DNA from: a bacterium
Lineage (GTDB): Bacteria > SAR324 > NAC60-12
Assembly (NCBI GenBank): GCA_965205865.1
Contig: CBDBHR010000029.1
Span: 448,001 to 512,000, forward strand
Direction: 5' to 3'
Length of the DNA stretch: 64,000 nucleotides
Shown: positions 20,683 to 30,667 of the stretch, piece by piece
Numbering within the stretch: position 1 is the stretch's first letter
Layout of the letters: each line of letters opens with the position of its first letter
Position numbers and translations under genes: made by a program
The notes under the pieces: model-generated
Seen by the model: only the letters and a program-made list of their open reading frames with translations
Told to the model about the DNA's origin: nothing
The model's database searches: none

Positions 20683-22371
20683 TTCCCGACCGCAGTGGTC
20701 GCGCAGAAGATGGTCAAAGATCCATCCACGGGCAAGATGGTGAGCGCGCCCAAGTATGGTGGCACGATCCGACCGATCGTCAACTTCAAGCCCGAGGGGA
20801 TCGATCCCTATTTCCGTTACACCGCGGGGGTCTGGACCGGGCTGGTCAACCAAAAGCTGGGTTTCGCCGACTGGGCAATAGACAGGAACGTATATGACTT
20901 TAGAACAACTTACTTCCCTGATCAAGCCATAGTAGGGGGTTTGGCCGAGAGCTGGGAGACCCCGGATCCTGTGACGTTCGTGTTCAAGATCCGCAAGGGA
21001 ATCAAATGGCACAATAAGGCACCAGTGAACGGTCGGTCCCTGACCGCGCACGATGTCGAGTACAGCTTTCAGCGGCTCTGGGGGTTGAGCGGCGGCGAGC
21101 CGGGCCTGGATGTCAGCCTGTCTGATGAAGGCAAGATCCCGGTCGAGTCGATTACCGCTACCGACGATTTTACGCTGGTATTGAAGTTGAAAGAGCCCAG
21201 TCTCATCGCCCTGAAGGCCATCCTCACCGGACCACACATGATGGTGATCGCTCGCGAGGTGGTCGAGCAATTCGGGGACATTCAAGACTGGCGCAACGTG
21301 ACTGGAACGGGGCCCTATCAGCTGACCGACGTGGTGGAGGGCAGCTCGTGGACCTTCGAAAAGATTGATGATTACTGGGGCTTCGACCCGAAATTTTCCG
21401 CCAACCGGTTGCCCTACGCGGACAAGGTCGAGTACATCATCGTCAACGACCCAGCAGCCATACTGTCCCTGATGCGCTCGAGGCAGGCGGATTATATAGG
21501 GTTCGCTCTCAACTCCCATCTGACCAATGTCGACCAGGCGGTGAATCTGCAGAAGACCAATCCCGACCTGCAGCTCTGGCCGTTGGCCTATCGTGCGGAG
21601 ACGGCGTTCAATTTCGACAACCAGAAGAAGCCCTGGAACGACATCCGAGTGCGCCAGGCTCTCAGCATGGCCATCGATTTCGAGGCCATCGCCGAGAACT
21701 ACATGCAGGGTTGGGGCGATGCCAGCCCAGTCGGTATGATTGGCAAAGCAGTGCTCGGGTATTTCATGCCGTACGAGCAGTGGCCCGACGAGGTCAAGCA
21801 GTACTATCGGTATGACCCCGAGGCGGCTGAAAAGCTGCTGGATGAGGCCGGCTTTCCGCGCGGGGCGGACGGCGTTCGCTTCAGCACCGTCTACCAGCAC
21901 TACGAGTTCTTCGACCTCGGCTACTACCAGATCGCCATGGATTACCTCCGGCAGATTGGCATCGAGGTCGAGATCCAGATCGCTTCCCGCGCGGAACATA
22001 TCCAAATGAGCCGAGATCGTACCTTTCTCGGTTTGCGCACGAGCGTATGGGCCGCCGAGTATGGCGGTCCCTTGATCCCGTTCGCGGAATTCTGGACGAA
22101 ACGCAAGGGGTCGCGCCCCCAGAACAACATCGACCCCGTCTTCGACGAATATTACGAGAAGGCGCTGGCCGCTACCACGGTAGAGGAGCAGAAGGAGTGG
22201 TCGCGGAAGGCCGACATGCGCGTCATTGAGCAGCTCTGGACGATCAGAGGGCCCATCGCTCCCCTGTTCGGTGTCACCCAGCCGTGGCTCAAAGGCTACA
22301 ACGGGGAAGGCGATCTCGGCCAGTTAAACCGGGCTGACATCTTCGCCTACCTCTGGATCGACAAGGAGTGA
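20557..22371 (+). CDS. ABC substrate-binding protein, family 5 (SBP2)
   Basis: Same signal peptide as SBP1; PKYGG, LAESW, GTGPY, PWNDIRVRQA. Confidence 0.92.
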   Translation: MYMYFKQLFAPLVGLNPAGVWSAAKLQSLLLTLTLMVTALWVFPTAVVAQKMVKDPSTGKMVSAPKYGGTIRPIVNFKPEGIDPYFRYTAGVWTGLVNQKLGFADWAIDRNVYDFRTTYFPDQAIVGGLAESWETPDPVTFVFKIRKGIKWHNKAPVNGRSLTAHDVEYSFQRLWGLSGGEPGLDVSLSDEGKIPVESITATDDFTLVLKLKEPSLIALKAILTGPHMMVIAREVVEQFGDIQDWRNVTGTGPYQLTDVVEGSSWTFEKIDDYWGFDPKFSANRLPYADKVEYIIVNDPAAILSLMRSRQADYIGFALNSHLTNVDQAVNLQKTNPDLQLWPLAYRAETAFNFDNQKKPWNDIRVRQALSMAIDFEAIAENYMQGWGDASPVGMIGKAVLGYFMPYEQWPDEVKQYYRYDPEAAEKLLDEAGFPRGADGVRFSTVYQHYEFFDLGYYQIAMDYLRQIGIEVEIQIASRAEHIQMSRDRTFLGLRTSVWAAEYGGPLIPFAEFWTKRKGSRPQNNIDPVFDEYYEKALAATTVEEQKEWSRKADMRVIEQLWTIRGPIAPLFGVTQPWLKGYNGEGDLGQLNRADIFAYLWIDKE

Positions 22372-22499
22372 AGCAAGAAAATGGGTTCTGAGTTGGATTC
22401 TGTGAGTACGATGGATGCAGTTGGACCCCATTTAGTTATCATCGCAATAACGGAGCTGCGTTCCAGCGCAGCTCTGTTAGAAACCTTGCGGTAGAGGCC

Positions 22500-22553
22500 A
22501 TGAGAACGTACATCATCCGGCGTGTCCTGCTGCTGATCCCGACCTTTTTCTGA
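22500..22553 (+). pseudogene. 17-codon stub of an OppB-type permease
   Basis: MRTYIIRRVLLLIPTFF* with a GAGG RBS; matches the N-termini of the intact permeases. Confidence 0.75.
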
Positions 22554-22695
22554 GTAGGGCCCCCTTCATCCAGGTATAGGCAACCTGGCCCACTTCATGG
22601 TTGCGGGTCACTTTTAAGAGGATTGATATGGTCTTGAACGATGTGAGTCAATAGTGGGGTTTCAATGATTTCTATAGCTAGGACTCTTCACATGT

Positions 22696-23060
22696 TTAAT
22701 CGTTAATTCTTGAAATAGTATGCCAATGCTGTACATAAGTCAATGACTCATTGAAAAGTCTTTTTTGATCTTGGCAGATTTGCCAGACTTGATCCTCCGG
22801 AATGCCTTCGCATTCGGCTCCTCGGATCTCTAGGAGATCATCTCCTCGTGCTGATAGTGCCCTGACAGTCATCTTGGGGATGTTCTCATCGACCATGATT
22901 TTCACCCTTCTGCGCTTCTCAATCAATCGGAATGATTGGTTCTTCTGGCAGGGAGGCTGCCTCGGCGAGAGAAGCTTCAATATCCTCTGCCTTCCAATTC
23001 GGAAAATCATCCATGATTTCATCAGCGTTATCGCCACTGGCTCTCTGAAGGCAACATCTT
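22696..23060 (-). pseudogene. Decayed DUF433 / DUF5615 (PIN-like) toxin-antitoxin pair
   Basis: EIMDDFPNWKAEDIEASL (DUF433-like), then VKIMVDENIP...G.P..QVW....KR (DUF5615-like, truncated). Confidence 0.65.
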
Positions 23061-23569
23061 GGTAGATTTTCCCGCAATCCCTTGAAAGATAAGGGCAGTC
23101 TCCGGTCAAAAGGAACCGAACCGACAAACCCATCTAGAAAAAGATATTGGCCTTCTTCCAAAAGTGGAAAGTTTTAAGCAGAGCAGAACTGAAAGAGTTT
23201 TCCCCGTTATCTCAGCGGACCATCGAAACGCGTGCCGAGTGCGCATCAGTCCTTGAAATGATTCGCTCTGAATCCCATGCTTTTCGTTCCTGAAAGGGCA
23301 GGATTGCCCAGTATTTTCAAGGACTGACACAGAGAAGAGCGAGGATCAAATCCAGGATGACACAAGCACTCGCCATTGAGGAGTTAAGATGAGCAAAAAA
23401 ATCTATTGACATCCTCTAAATATTTTTATATTTCCCTGAAAGGATGCCTTCGCTATTCTGAGAGCGAAAGTCATGTATCTTAGACACGTTTTGAAATATC
23501 GTCAGATGGTAGGATAATGAATGGGATAATGAAATCTAACAGGATATTGCCATCATTGTTCTTTTGTGA

Positions 23570-25265
23570 CCTAAATCCTGCAATTAGATGACAATCAAAC
23601 ATGGAAATGGTAATATACTCAAATAGTTAACAGCAGAATCAACATTTTAAGAGATCACCATTACCATGAAAAACAAACGTAGCGCAAGATCGGCAAGAAC
23701 GACAGCAAAAAACATCCATATCAGCCAGGGAGGCAGAGACCTGACCGCGCAAGCAGGCTTGATTCCGGTTGTCAAATTTTTTCACAAAGAAGGGATTGTT
23801 TCAAAGACAGAGCAGACCGTAGATCATCGGCGTGGCGCCACGGGTCTTTATGACGCGGTGGACATGGTCATTTTGTCGGTGGTCGGCATTGTTGGTGGCG
23901 CCCGTTCGATTCGTTCGATTGTGACAGTTTGGAACGACCGTGTTTTGAGTCGTGTGGCCGGTTGGCTGAGGATTCCGGATGAAACCACATTCGGCCGGAT
24001 ACTGCGTACTTTCACACAGAAAAACATCAATGAGATGGAGAGCTTGAACCATCGGATTCGAGCCGGTATCTGGCGTAAGGCGCTTCGAAGTGGGACAAGC
24101 ATCGTTGGGGTGTTACACTGTCTTGTGATTGACGTGGACTCCACTGTGAAAACGGCCTACGGCAAGCAGCAAGGAGTGTCTGTCGGATATAATCCCCACA
24201 AACGCGGTGCAGCTTCGTATCATCCTCTGCTGGCATTTTGCGCAGAGACAAAGGAGATTCTTCAGGGTTGGCTTCGTGATGGGAGTGCCTATACCAGCAA
24301 TGGAGTCGTTGAATTCATGCGGCAACTTCTCGCTCACCTTCCAAATCGGACTCGCACTCTGTTTCGTGGAGACAGTGGTTTTTTTGTGGGGGATTTGCTG
24401 GATTTCCTCGAAGAACGAGGCCATGGCTATCTGATCAAGGTCAAACTCAAGGGGCTTGTCTCGTTGTTGGAAACCCAAAAATGGCAAAAAGTGAAGGGGC
24501 AGCCCGCTTGGGAAGGGTGTGAGTTTTCCCACCAATGTGAAACTTGGAGGAGGTCAAGAAAATTCATGGCCGTACGCAGGGAGAAAGAGGAGGAACTCAA
24601 AGGGATGGCCACCCTCTTTGAGATGAAGGAGTACGATTATTTTTGTTATGTTCTCACTGACGCGCTCACTCCCTGGCAGGCTCACAAAGAGTATGGCCAA
24701 AGGGCGGTCGCTGAGACATGGATTGAGGAAGCAAAAAATCAAACTGCGCTGGCTCAGATTAAAACCGACGATTTTTGGGCCAACAGTGCCTTGTTCCAAT
24801 GCGCGATACTCGCTTACAACACGCTGCGCTGGATGGCCCTTTGTAGTGGTAACGCAATACTGCGCCGTTGGGAACCGGCCACCATGCGCACCTATCTTGT
24901 CCGAATGGCAGGAAAATGGACGAGTGGCGCTCGTCAACAAAAACTGAGAGTTCCGGAAAGAACACTTTACAATGCTCAATGGGATGCATGGGTCGCTGTT
25001 GGAGAGACCTGGATCCTTTGTTTCACTCCAGTGGATACATTTTGCTGAGATGTAGATTCCCAAATCCAGGGAGAAGTACGTCTTGAATCTTGTGCCCGCG
25101 AAAGCGGGTATCAGATCATCACAAAATATGACGATCTAATGGAGGGCGGAAAAACCTTTATGAGCAAGGACTGATGGAAATTCAACTCTCAAATCCTTTT
25201 TTTTAAAAAAACCTCTCAAAGAGTGGGGGGAAACTCAATCAAAATATTCAATTGCAGGATTTAGG
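23570..25265 (+). mobile_element. IS1380-family insertion sequence, complete
   Basis: 16-bp perfect TIR CCTAAATCCTGCAATT / AATTGCAGGATTTAGG; 5-bp TSD TGTGA. Confidence 0.95.
23666..25048 (+). CDS. IS1380-family transposase
   Basis: IDVDST, YHPL, RGDSGF, R...E.WI.E.K. Confidence 0.93.
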   Translation: MKNKRSARSARTTAKNIHISQGGRDLTAQAGLIPVVKFFHKEGIVSKTEQTVDHRRGATGLYDAVDMVILSVVGIVGGARSIRSIVTVWNDRVLSRVAGWLRIPDETTFGRILRTFTQKNINEMESLNHRIRAGIWRKALRSGTSIVGVLHCLVIDVDSTVKTAYGKQQGVSVGYNPHKRGAASYHPLLAFCAETKEILQGWLRDGSAYTSNGVVEFMRQLLAHLPNRTRTLFRGDSGFFVGDLLDFLEERGHGYLIKVKLKGLVSLLETQKWQKVKGQPAWEGCEFSHQCETWRRSRKFMAVRREKEEELKGMATLFEMKEYDYFCYVLTDALTPWQAHKEYGQRAVAETWIEEAKNQTALAQIKTDDFWANSALFQCAILAYNTLRWMALCSGNAILRRWEPATMRTYLVRMAGKWTSGARQQKLRVPERTLYNAQWDAWVAVGETWILCFTPVDTFC

Positions 25266-25573
25266 TGTGATAGTTTTCAAGAAATTGCCTTGGGCTGACG
25301 GTTTTTAAGAATTTCTGCTGGTCTTTCGTTTTCTATTTTGATAGATTTCAAGAAATCGCCTTTGGCTGAAGGTTTTATTTCAATTTCGCTCATATTTATT
25401 TAGCCGAAAGTCATGTCAAACCTCATCTCCTCCCCAGAGGATTTTTAGAAATTGTCAACGGGGAATGGAAAAGTGCCAAAAATGTTGACTTCTTGATCTC
25501 AATATGAAAAAGTAATTTCGTTGATCATTAGAAGACACTCATGAATGAATGAGTCGCCCTATCTAAAAAAAGT

Positions 25574-25604
25574 TTGACAACCATTTGCAAAGCGAGTATA
25601 CAAT
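25574..25604 (+). promoter_or_regulatory. Sigma70-like promoter candidate, conserved at 32914
   Basis: TTGACA-N17-TATACAAT, preserved in both paralogous leaders. Confidence 0.55.
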
Positions 25605-25610
25605 ATTATT

Positions 25611-26075
25611 CCAGGGACAGAAGAGCAATAATGAGATCCTTAGCATTGCCGCTTTCGGTACACCTGTTTGGGCAAATCGTCAGGATGACATGAAAGTCCG
25701 AAAATAACTTGTTTCAAGTAAAAAAACATCTGGACAATGAGGTGGTTATGAGAGTAAACTTAAAAGCCAGTTCCCAGTTCCCAGTTCCCAGTTCCCAGTT
25801 CCCAGTTCCCAGTTCCCAGTTCCCAGTTAAGTTCCAAGCAACAAGTCACAAGTCCCCAATCCCAAGTTCTACCCCCTTTATTATCTCGACATCAGGGAGA
25901 GATCCTTAAGATTCCTTGTTCCAAGTTCCAAGTCCCACGTTCCAAATTCCAGGAAAGGAAGGGCAATGGGGAATTTGGAAAATCATCGGCGCCTGAGTGC
26001 GTCGGTTTATGGTTCATTGCCCAATCCTGGCGCCAATGAATCGTTTTTTTGTCACTCCAAAATGAAGGAGAGCCA
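25611..26075 (+). ncRNA. Candidate structured 5' leader upstream of SBP3 (paralog at 32951-33305)
   Basis: Several conserved hairpin blocks are shared with the SBP4 leader; I could not match it to a known family. Confidence 0.4.
25767..25828 (+). repeat. Heptamer tandem repeat (CCAGTTC) x ~9
   Basis: 8 perfect units plus 6/7 of a ninth, followed by degenerate heptamers. Confidence 0.95.
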
Positions 26076-26174
26076 ATGTGTAGAGCAATCGTCGAGAACG
26101 TGCTTTCGGGAACGAAAGCACGTTTCAAAGCAACCCGCAATCTTGTTTTTAATCAAAAAGCAGAAAGGAGCACC

Positions 26175-28082
26175 ATGAACCGTCAAAAAAGTAGAGGACT
26201 CGTCGAGAACCTGCTTTCGGGAATGAAGGCAGGTTTCAAATCAATCCTTAATATTTTTAAACATCCAAAACGAGAATCTCGTATGTTTAATCAAAAAAGC
26301 AGCTCAACCTTGAGCACAACCCTGCTGGCTCTCATCCTGGGAGCAAGCGTCTTCATGGCTGGCCAGGTCTGGGCCGCCAAGTATGTGACGGACCCCACCA
26401 TCGGCAAGGTAGTGGTGGCGCCAGAGTACGGCGGGACATTAACCAACACCCTGAAATACGACGTCAGCAATGTTGGTGCTGACGCCTGGTTTCACGTAAA
26501 TGCGTTATGGTATTTCACCAGTGGCGTTCTAGAAAAACTAAGCATCGCGGACTGGGCAATAGATAGGGACATGTGGCCTTTTATCGACCGCGGTATGGCG
26601 CCTGTATCTGCCCTAAGGGGGGCGCTGGCTGAAAGCTGGGAACAGCCCGACCCACTAACGTATGTCTTCCAAATCCGCCAGGGCGTTCACTGGCATGATA
26701 AGGCGCCGATGAACGGTCGGGAGCTAACTGCCCAGGATGTAGAACATACCTTTCACCGCATGTTGGGAAATAAATTGACAGGGACCCAGTTCAGTGAAGC
26801 CGAACCTTCCCCAGCTGCAGCTGTCCTCGTAGCTTTGCCTTGGGAATCGGTAACGGCCACCGACAAATATACGGTTGTTATGAAGCTGAAGGAGCTAAGA
26901 CTCGTGGCCCTGAACTATATCTTGGACTATGCCGGTATGGTTATACAGCCCCCCGAGGTAATCGAGGAATACGGGGACATGAAGGATTGGAGGAATGTGG
27001 TCGGCACCGGGCCCTTTGAGCTGACTGACTCCGTCCCGGGCACCTCTATAACCTGGACCAAGAATCCCAACTACTGGGGCTACGACGAAAAATACCCGGA
27101 GAACCGCTTGCCCTATATTGACGAGTTAAAGGCCCTTGTTATCACGGAAACGGCAACAATAATGGCGGGACTGCGCACGGCTAAGATCGATTTCATAGGT
27201 GGCCAGGGCTCCACTTACTTAACCTCTCTAGACGAAGCAGAGAGCCTCAGGCGGACCAACCCCGAACTCGTGATCATCCCGTGGGCAGAACGGTCGAATA
27301 CTAGTGTTTTGCTTAACGTGAGCAAGCCGCCCTTTGACGACATCCGGGTGCGCCACGCAATGCAGATGGCACTGGACCTCGAGACAATGAACGATACCTA
27401 CTATAAGGGTTATGCAGATTGGATACCTCAGGGGTATGTAGGCAGGGAATTAGCCGCTGCGGGGTATACCGTCCCATTTGAAGAGTGGTCCGAAGTGCTC
27501 AAGGGATACTATACCTATGACGTTGCAGGGGCCGAGAAGCTCCTTGATGAGGCAGGGTATCCGCGCGGCCCGGATGGCATTAGATTCAAGACCTTGTTCA
27601 ATCACTTCGTGAACTATGATTTGAGCTTTACAGAATTACAGGCCGCATACTGGCGTGAGATTGGCGTTGATGTGGATATTGTGGTAGAGGAGCCTGCGGG
27701 ATATGACGGTAGAGAGATGAGTGGAGATTATGGTATGAGTTCGACAGTAGGGGGCAAAAAGGGTCCTCCACTTGGTGTATCGGGTAAATTTTGGAGCGGT
27801 TATGCTAGGAACGTTGTCCGCGACGCGCAATATGACGCCTGGTATGAAGCCGGCCAAGAGGCTACCACCACGGAGGAGCTGAAGGGGCTGATTAAAGATA
27901 TGGACATGCGGGTGATAGAGCAGCACTGGCAGCTCTGGGGGCCTGCGGGTCCGAGTTTTTTCGTGCACCAGCCGTGGGTGATAGGTCTTAACGGCGAAGC
28001 CAGCATGGGAAGCAGGCAAACACATGTTACTTTCTCCCGCCTCTGGATTGATAGTGAGCTAAAGGAAGCAATGGGTTATTAG
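26175..28082 (+). CDS. ABC substrate-binding protein, family 5 (SBP3); start ambiguous (26076, 26175 or 26283)
   Basis: Signal peptide LLALILGASVFMAGQVWAA, PEYGG, GTGPF, PFDDIRVRHA. Confidence 0.9.
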   Translation: MNRQKSRGLVENLLSGMKAGFKSILNIFKHPKRESRMFNQKSSSTLSTTLLALILGASVFMAGQVWAAKYVTDPTIGKVVVAPEYGGTLTNTLKYDVSNVGADAWFHVNALWYFTSGVLEKLSIADWAIDRDMWPFIDRGMAPVSALRGALAESWEQPDPLTYVFQIRQGVHWHDKAPMNGRELTAQDVEHTFHRMLGNKLTGTQFSEAEPSPAAAVLVALPWESVTATDKYTVVMKLKELRLVALNYILDYAGMVIQPPEVIEEYGDMKDWRNVVGTGPFELTDSVPGTSITWTKNPNYWGYDEKYPENRLPYIDELKALVITETATIMAGLRTAKIDFIGGQGSTYLTSLDEAESLRRTNPELVIIPWAERSNTSVLLNVSKPPFDDIRVRHAMQMALDLETMNDTYYKGYADWIPQGYVGRELAAAGYTVPFEEWSEVLKGYYTYDVAGAEKLLDEAGYPRGPDGIRFKTLFNHFVNYDLSFTELQAAYWREIGVDVDIVVEEPAGYDGREMSGDYGMSSTVGGKKGPPLGVSGKFWSGYARNVVRDAQYDAWYEAGQEATTTEELKGLIKDMDMRVIEQHWQLWGPAGPSFFVHQPWVIGLNGEASMGSRQTHVTFSRLWIDSELKEAMGY

Positions 28083-28190
28083 TGAGTGGGTTTTCACCCT
28101 TGTGGCTTAGCTCAGGGAAAAAAGGGGTCGGGGGGGCTCAGGCTTCCCAGCTCCCACACACGATGTCATTGCGAGGCGCGCTTTCATACT

Positions 28191-28270
28191 GTCATTCCGG
28201 GCGGAGACCCGGAATCCAGAAAACGCAACCATTTGAAATTTCGCTGGATTCCGCCTTTCGGCGGAATGAC
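28191..28270. repeat. REP-like palindromic element
   Basis: GTCATTCCG...GGAATCCAG...CTGGATTCCG...CGGAATGAC; related half-sites near 28466-28515. Confidence 0.75.
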
Positions 28271-28537
28271 GGGAAAGGGGGATACAGGGCGATGGGGCCT
28301 TCACCAACGATGGGCTACAGGTGTTCTATCGAGTGATCCTTGAACCCCCGTTTCAAAGGGGTTTCACCCCTTTGAACTCCCCAAAACGGTGAGAGGCCAG
28401 TTTCCTGGCAGGGGTCATTCGCACCTTAGAGAGTGCCGCGCGAGCCGGGCAAGGGGATGGTCTAAGTGGATTGCGGTTTTCACCGCAATGACGGGGGAAA
28501 TCCCAATGACGGGGGAAATCGTAATGAGGTGTATCAC

Positions 28538-29551
28538 ATGAGAGCCTATATCATCAGGCGGTTATTGCTGATAATCCCCACCGTGTTTATATTGACCATC
28601 CTGGTCTTTCTCTCCGTCCGCTTCATCCCGGGCGATATAATAAGCGCAATGGTGGCTGAGATGGAATACTACGGTGGTGATGTTCTGGTGGAGATTGACC
28701 GTGAAGCTCTTGAGCGTATGATGGGATTAGACGTGCCTGTGCACGTACAGTACGGACGCTGGCTAGGAGTGTTGTCGACCCCTGACTGGGTTAGCGGTGA
28801 GTCTCACTTTAAAGGTCTCCTCCAGGGCACCCTTGGCAATACACTGTTTGGTGGTGCTTTTGCGGTAGAGGAGCAGATAATAGGTAGACTGCCGGTAACC
28901 ATTGAGCTGGGTGTCATGGCAATCGTAATCGGGCTCGTCATAGCGCTGCCGGTCGGCATCTACTCGGCGATTCGCCAGGATACGGTCACCGACTACCTGG
29001 GGCGCACCGCGGCCGTCATCGGCATGGCAACGCCTAACTTCTGGCTGGGAATTATGGTCATGATATACCCGGCAATCTGGTGGGGCTGGTCGCCACCGAT
29101 GGAAATGATTCCCTTCACGGAAGACCCGCTGGGGAATCTGGGGATGTTTCTCATTCCCAGCGTGATTCTGGGGACGGCCCTTTCTGCCAGCACAATGCGG
29201 ATGACCCGCACCATGATGCTGGAGGTGCTCAGGCAGGACTACATCAGGACGGCCTGGTCCAAGGGCCTCAAGGAGCGGATCGTGGTGATCCGGCACGCCA
29301 TCAAAAATGCCCTCATCCCGATAGTTACCCTGATAGGCATGCAGCTGCCTCTGCTGGTAGGTGGCTCCGTTATCATGGAGAACATCTTTAACCTGCCGGG
29401 CTTAGGTCGTCTCATGGTGGAGGCACTCAATCAGAGAGACTACCCGATGGTCTCAGGAGTAAACCTGGTTTTCGCCGTCATGGTTGTTGGGGTCAATCTA
29501 ATGATCGACCTGATTTATCCTTATTTGGACCCCAGGGTGCGGTATGAGTGA
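28538..29551 (+). CDS. ABC permease, OppB type
   Basis: MRAYIIRRLL...QDYIRTAWSKG...LDPRVRYE. Confidence 0.92.
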   Translation: MRAYIIRRLLLIIPTVFILTILVFLSVRFIPGDIISAMVAEMEYYGGDVLVEIDREALERMMGLDVPVHVQYGRWLGVLSTPDWVSGESHFKGLLQGTLGNTLFGGAFAVEEQIIGRLPVTIELGVMAIVIGLVIALPVGIYSAIRQDTVTDYLGRTAAVIGMATPNFWLGIMVMIYPAIWWGWSPPMEMIPFTEDPLGNLGMFLIPSVILGTALSASTMRMTRTMMLEVLRQDYIRTAWSKGLKERIVVIRHAIKNALIPIVTLIGMQLPLLVGGSVIMENIFNLPGLGRLMVEALNQRDYPMVSGVNLVFAVMVVGVNLMIDLIYPYLDPRVRYE

Positions 29552-30503
29552 GAACCCCTCCCCCATCCGTGAGCCCAACCGACGGGGCCGGTCGGCTGAT
29601 TTTTTCATCAGGCTTCTCAGGGAGAAGCCCTTGGGGACGGCCTGCGGAATGATCGTCTTGCTTTTTATTGTGTTGGCTATCTTTGCTGATGTTCTGGCTC
29701 CTTATCCATATTGGGAAGCGCACCTGGCAGACAGGATGCAGGGCGCATCAGCCCGGTATCTGCTGGGAACCGACCAGTTGGGGAGAGACTTCTTGAGCCG
29801 CCTGATCGTCGGGGCTCGCATTTCCATGCTGGTCGGCCTGGCCGCGACTGCACTCAATGTTGTCGTTGCTGTCCTGATAGGCGGTATTTCAGGATTCATT
29901 GGTGGCAAATTTGACCTGGTTATGCAAAGACTTGTCGATGCCTGGATGGCCTTCCCGGGACTGCTCCTCTTGTTAACCATCATGTCCATAGTCGGGCGGG
30001 GTATGCCACAGATCATCGTGGTCCTGGGGATAACAGGAGGCATCGCCGCTTCAAGAATAGTCAGAAGCGCCGTTATCGGTGTTAAAGAGAATGACTATTT
30101 TCTGGCAGCCAGGGCTGTGGGCACCCCCACGACCCAAATCCTGTTACGCCATGTCCTGCCCAATATTATGGCGACTGTCATCATCATCTTCAGCATCAAC
30201 ATCGGGGGGGTGATTATTTCCGAGGCCTCCCTGAGCTTCCTGGGATTCGGTCTGCCTGTCAAGATTCCCAGCTGGGGAGGGATGCTCAGCCGGGAAGGGC
30301 GCAGGTTCATGGAGCAGGCGCCCTGGCTGGCACTCTGGCCCGGGCTCTGCCTGACGATTACCGTCTACTCCTTCAACATGTTCGGCGATGCCCTCAGGGA
30401 TCTGTTCGACCCAAGACTGCGGGGCGGCCAGGGCAGTTACGGCACCGCGGTGGTGAAACGCAAACGAGGATTCCTCTCCAGGCTGCTCAACCCGTTCTCT
30501 TAG
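29544..30503 (+). CDS. ABC permease, OppC type
   Basis: LGTDQLGRD, ENDYFLAARAVG, RHVLPN, PSWG, GDALRD. Confidence 0.92.
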   Translation: MSENPSPIREPNRRGRSADFFIRLLREKPLGTACGMIVLLFIVLAIFADVLAPYPYWEAHLADRMQGASARYLLGTDQLGRDFLSRLIVGARISMLVGLAATALNVVVAVLIGGISGFIGGKFDLVMQRLVDAWMAFPGLLLLLTIMSIVGRGMPQIIVVLGITGGIAASRIVRSAVIGVKENDYFLAARAVGTPTTQILLRHVLPNIMATVIIIFSINIGGVIISEASLSFLGFGLPVKIPSWGGMLSREGRRFMEQAPWLALWPGLCLTITVYSFNMFGDALRDLFDPRLRGGQGSYGTAVVKRKRGFLSRLLNPFS

Positions 30504-30667
30504 AAGGAAACTATTGGCCTCGTGCCGGGAGTACAATGGACCTGATCACAAATAAGCGCATGAGTGGTTATTCAGTGCCTGGGAGGAAAAGCACGATGCT
30601 GAAGACCAGGAAGGTCACAATGATCAGTGTAAAGAGCCCCTCTTTTCTCAAACGCTCCTTTTGCTCC

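Noticed and set aside
20653-22005. 450-aa minus-strand ORF
   Set aside because: Antisense shadow of the GC-rich SBP2 gene, with no recognisable motifs.
25678-25700. CAGGATGACATGAAAGTC as a hammerhead ribozyme core or a ykkC/guanidine riboswitch
   Set aside because: It lacks the exact CUGANGA core and stem II, and the ykkC consensus blocks are absent. Kept only as part of an unknown leader.
25709-26140. Short ORFs with SSQFPVP and WNLE repeats
   Set aside because: Translation artefacts of the heptamer repeats.
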